This document shows positions 62,331-64,000 of a stretch of 64,000 nt of DNA, piece by piece (the first letter of the stretch is position 1; every line of letters begins with the position of its first letter). The notes under the pieces were generated by a model. That model ran no database searches. It worked only from the letters and a program-made list of their open reading frames with translations, and was not told where the DNA came from. The DNA comes from Candidatus Bathyarchaeia archaeon (GTDB lineage Archaea; Thermoproteota; Bathyarchaeia; Bathyarchaeales; Bathycorpusculaceae): assembly GCA_049515895.1 (NCBI GenBank), contig JBEKTQ010000023.1, forward strand, positions 1-64,000, read 5' to 3'. The position numbers and the translations under genes are program-made.

Positions 62331-63035
62331 TTATGCGTTTACTTTGATTATTTCCGGGATTTTACCCGCCATCCCAACCTTGCCCTTGAATATTATCAAA
62401 ACCCCTTCCACGCCTTCAATCGACATTCCCCGCGTGATACCTGCTTTGATCCCTACGTCCGCGTCTTCCCCTTTCACGGCGTTGCCCACGGCTGTGGCTA
62501 CCGCGTCCGCTAGGCGTGCGTTTTTGCAGAAAACGGTTGCTGCTTCGGCATCGCCAAAACTTAATGCGTGGCTGAACCGTCCTGAACTTGTGGCGACGCC
62601 TATGGGAAATTCAGTGAGCCTGAAGCCGAAGCGTCTTGACAGGGGTTCGTCTCCAGCTGCGACTGCTACATCGATAGGCACGTTTGATGCTGCGGAGATT
62701 TCTCCGCCGTTTTCCACCACCGCCACTTCGCAACCCAATTCAGTCATGTCGTCAACGGCAATGTCCGCTATGACTCCTGCGACGGCTGCCATCGGCCCAA
62801 CCCCTGCCTTTTCGGCGGCTTGAGCCATAATTTTTGCCACTAATGGTTTTTCAGGGGCTGGGTACGGTTTGAGCGTGTAGAGGAATTTGGGGTTTTCTTT
62901 TATGTAAACTTCGAGTTCTTGCCTGGTTCGCCTGATTGAATCTTCGGCTGCCCGGATGCCTTGCGGTTTGTCAGAAATAATGGTGCACAGCGTTTCTTTT
63001 AGGGTAAAGGTTTCTTTGAAAAGGTTTTTTGTCAA
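62331..63035 (-). CDS. UPF0280 ApbE-like protein (COG2122)
   Basis: GPMAAVAG, ENGGEI, ATSSG..HA.SFG.A, ADAVATA. Confidence 0.9.
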   Translation of the reverse strand: MTKNLFKETFTLKETLCTIISDKPQGIRAAEDSIRRTRQELEVYIKENPKFLYTLKPYPAPEKPLVAKIMAQAAEKAGVGPMAAVAGVIADIAVDDMTELGCEVAVVENGGEISAASNVPIDVAVAAGDEPLSRRFGFRLTEFPIGVATSSGRFSHALSFGDAEAATVFCKNARLADAVATAVGNAVKGEDADVGIKAGITRGMSIEGVEGVLIIFKGKVGMAGKIPEIIKVNA

Positions 63036-63036
63036 C

Positions 63037-63468
63037 TTATTTTTTCCTGTTCGTGGCTGATTGGTCCCCGTTGGATTGTTTGATGGATTTTATGGCTCTT
63101 GCTGGGCACGCGTCAACGCAGATGCCGCAGGTGCTGCCGACGCATTTTTCCTTGTCAAACTTTACTGAATAATCTGTTTCGATCTTTATGGCTTCAACGG
63201 GGCAAAGTGCCACGCATGATCCGCAGCTGAAGCATTTTTCAGCGTCAACTTCGATTAGTTTGGGGACTGTGACGGAGACGCCTCTTTTTCGGAACGCTTG
63301 CACTATTTTTTCTTGGGCCTCGTCTGGTACTTCTGCGAGTATTTCGCCGCCTTTAGAGTTAATGTGGGCTGACAAGATTGCCATGGGAACTTTGTATTCG
63401 AGTATTATTTGGGATGCTATCGGCTGTGGCACTTGTTCTTCAGTGAATCTTAGGAGAAGTCTCACCAT
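63037..63468 (-). CDS. NIL-domain 2x[4Fe-4S] ferredoxin
   Basis: N-terminal NIL-like domain; CFSCGSCVALCP and C..STCGICVDACP. Confidence 0.9.
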   Translation of the reverse strand: MVRLLLRFTEEQVPQPIASQIILEYKVPMAILSAHINSKGGEILAEVPDEAQEKIVQAFRKRGVSVTVPKLIEVDAEKCFSCGSCVALCPVEAIKIETDYSVKFDKEKCVGSTCGICVDACPARAIKSIKQSNGDQSATNRKK

Positions 63469-64000
63469 GGTTTTTGCCTTCCTAACAGTTTAGAGACGTC
63501 TTCTGAAGTGATTATTCCCAGCACCTTCTTTTCCATGTCAACGACCGGTAGGGCGGAGATGTTGTTTTGCGCCATTCGTTTGGAGGCGACCTCAAGGGGG
63601 TCGTCGGGTTTAGCGGTGACGACGTTGTGGGTTTCGATGTCTGCTAAAGCTTTTTTGCCTTCAGCCATAGCCTTAGTTATGTCCCATGAAGTAACTATGC
63701 CCCGCAGTTTGCCCACGCCGTCGATGACGACTATGTGGTTAACTGATTTGGTGACTATGCGTTCAGCAATTGCCTGTATCTGCTCGTCCTCCGTGCATGT
63801 GACTGCTGCGTGCATGACTGAGACGACGAAGGGAATTTCTTCAGTTTGCCTCATGGGCCTAAAAACGGTGTCAAGGGGTAGCCGTTCAAGGGGCGAAGTA
63901 AGCAGGAATGAGCCGTCTGCAATCCATGACTTGAGCGTTTGAGAAACCTTCTTCGCCATCTTTATGCTGGACAGGCTGCTGACCCTTATTTTTTTGTCGT
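63462..64000 (-). CDS. C-terminal part of DUF39-CBS homocysteine biosynthesis protein (COG1900), truncated by the window edge
   Basis: LKSWIADGSFLLTSPLERLP then a CBS pair; upstream of NIL-Fer and COG2122. Confidence 0.8.
   Translation of the reverse strand, partial: DKKIRVSSLSSIKMAKKVSQTLKSWIADGSFLLTSPLERLPLDTVFRPMRQTEEIPFVVSVMHAAVTCTEDEQIQAIAERIVTKSVNHIVVIDGVGKLRGIVTSWDITKAMAEGKKALADIETHNVVTAKPDDPLEVASKRMAQNNISALPVVDMEKKVLGIITSEDVSKLLGRQKPW

Noticed and set aside
2708-63942. Numerous antisense ORFs in the track (e.g. 3473-4057, 57946-58473, 62344-62823, 63508-63942)
   Set aside because: Shadows of well-supported genes on the opposite strand

Overview
Archaeal chromosome segment, most likely Bathyarchaeia (TACK). 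This is inferred from Alba, type IB topoisomerase, Ftr, aRF1, DGGGP synthase and many secreted beta-propeller/Ig-like proteins. The left edge carries the 5' end of a 23S rRNA gene (minus strand) with its own promoter and no 16S upstream, next to two 10-bp-period microrepeat arrays. Core genes follow (ilvD, cimA/leuA, albA, Mrp, ilvA). From tRNA-Ala(UGC) at 11311 an accessory island runs to at least 32.2 kb. It is cut into segments that each end in a copy of the tRNA 3' end (12135, 13655, 19836, 23095, 32134), three with a shared upstream arm. One segment holds a truncated integrase followed by five co-oriented ~130-155-bp palindromic repeats separating small genes. Decayed provirus pieces are also present (probable tail-assembly chaperone G/GT pair, two probable tail-tube fragments, a frameshifted RHH gene). 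The right half holds a bacterial-type ClpB, secreted hydrolases, an ECF transporter, a HExxH protease with a PIP-like tail next to TopIB, aRF1, Ftr and the anaerobic homocysteine-synthesis trio. All family calls are from motif recognition, not database searches.
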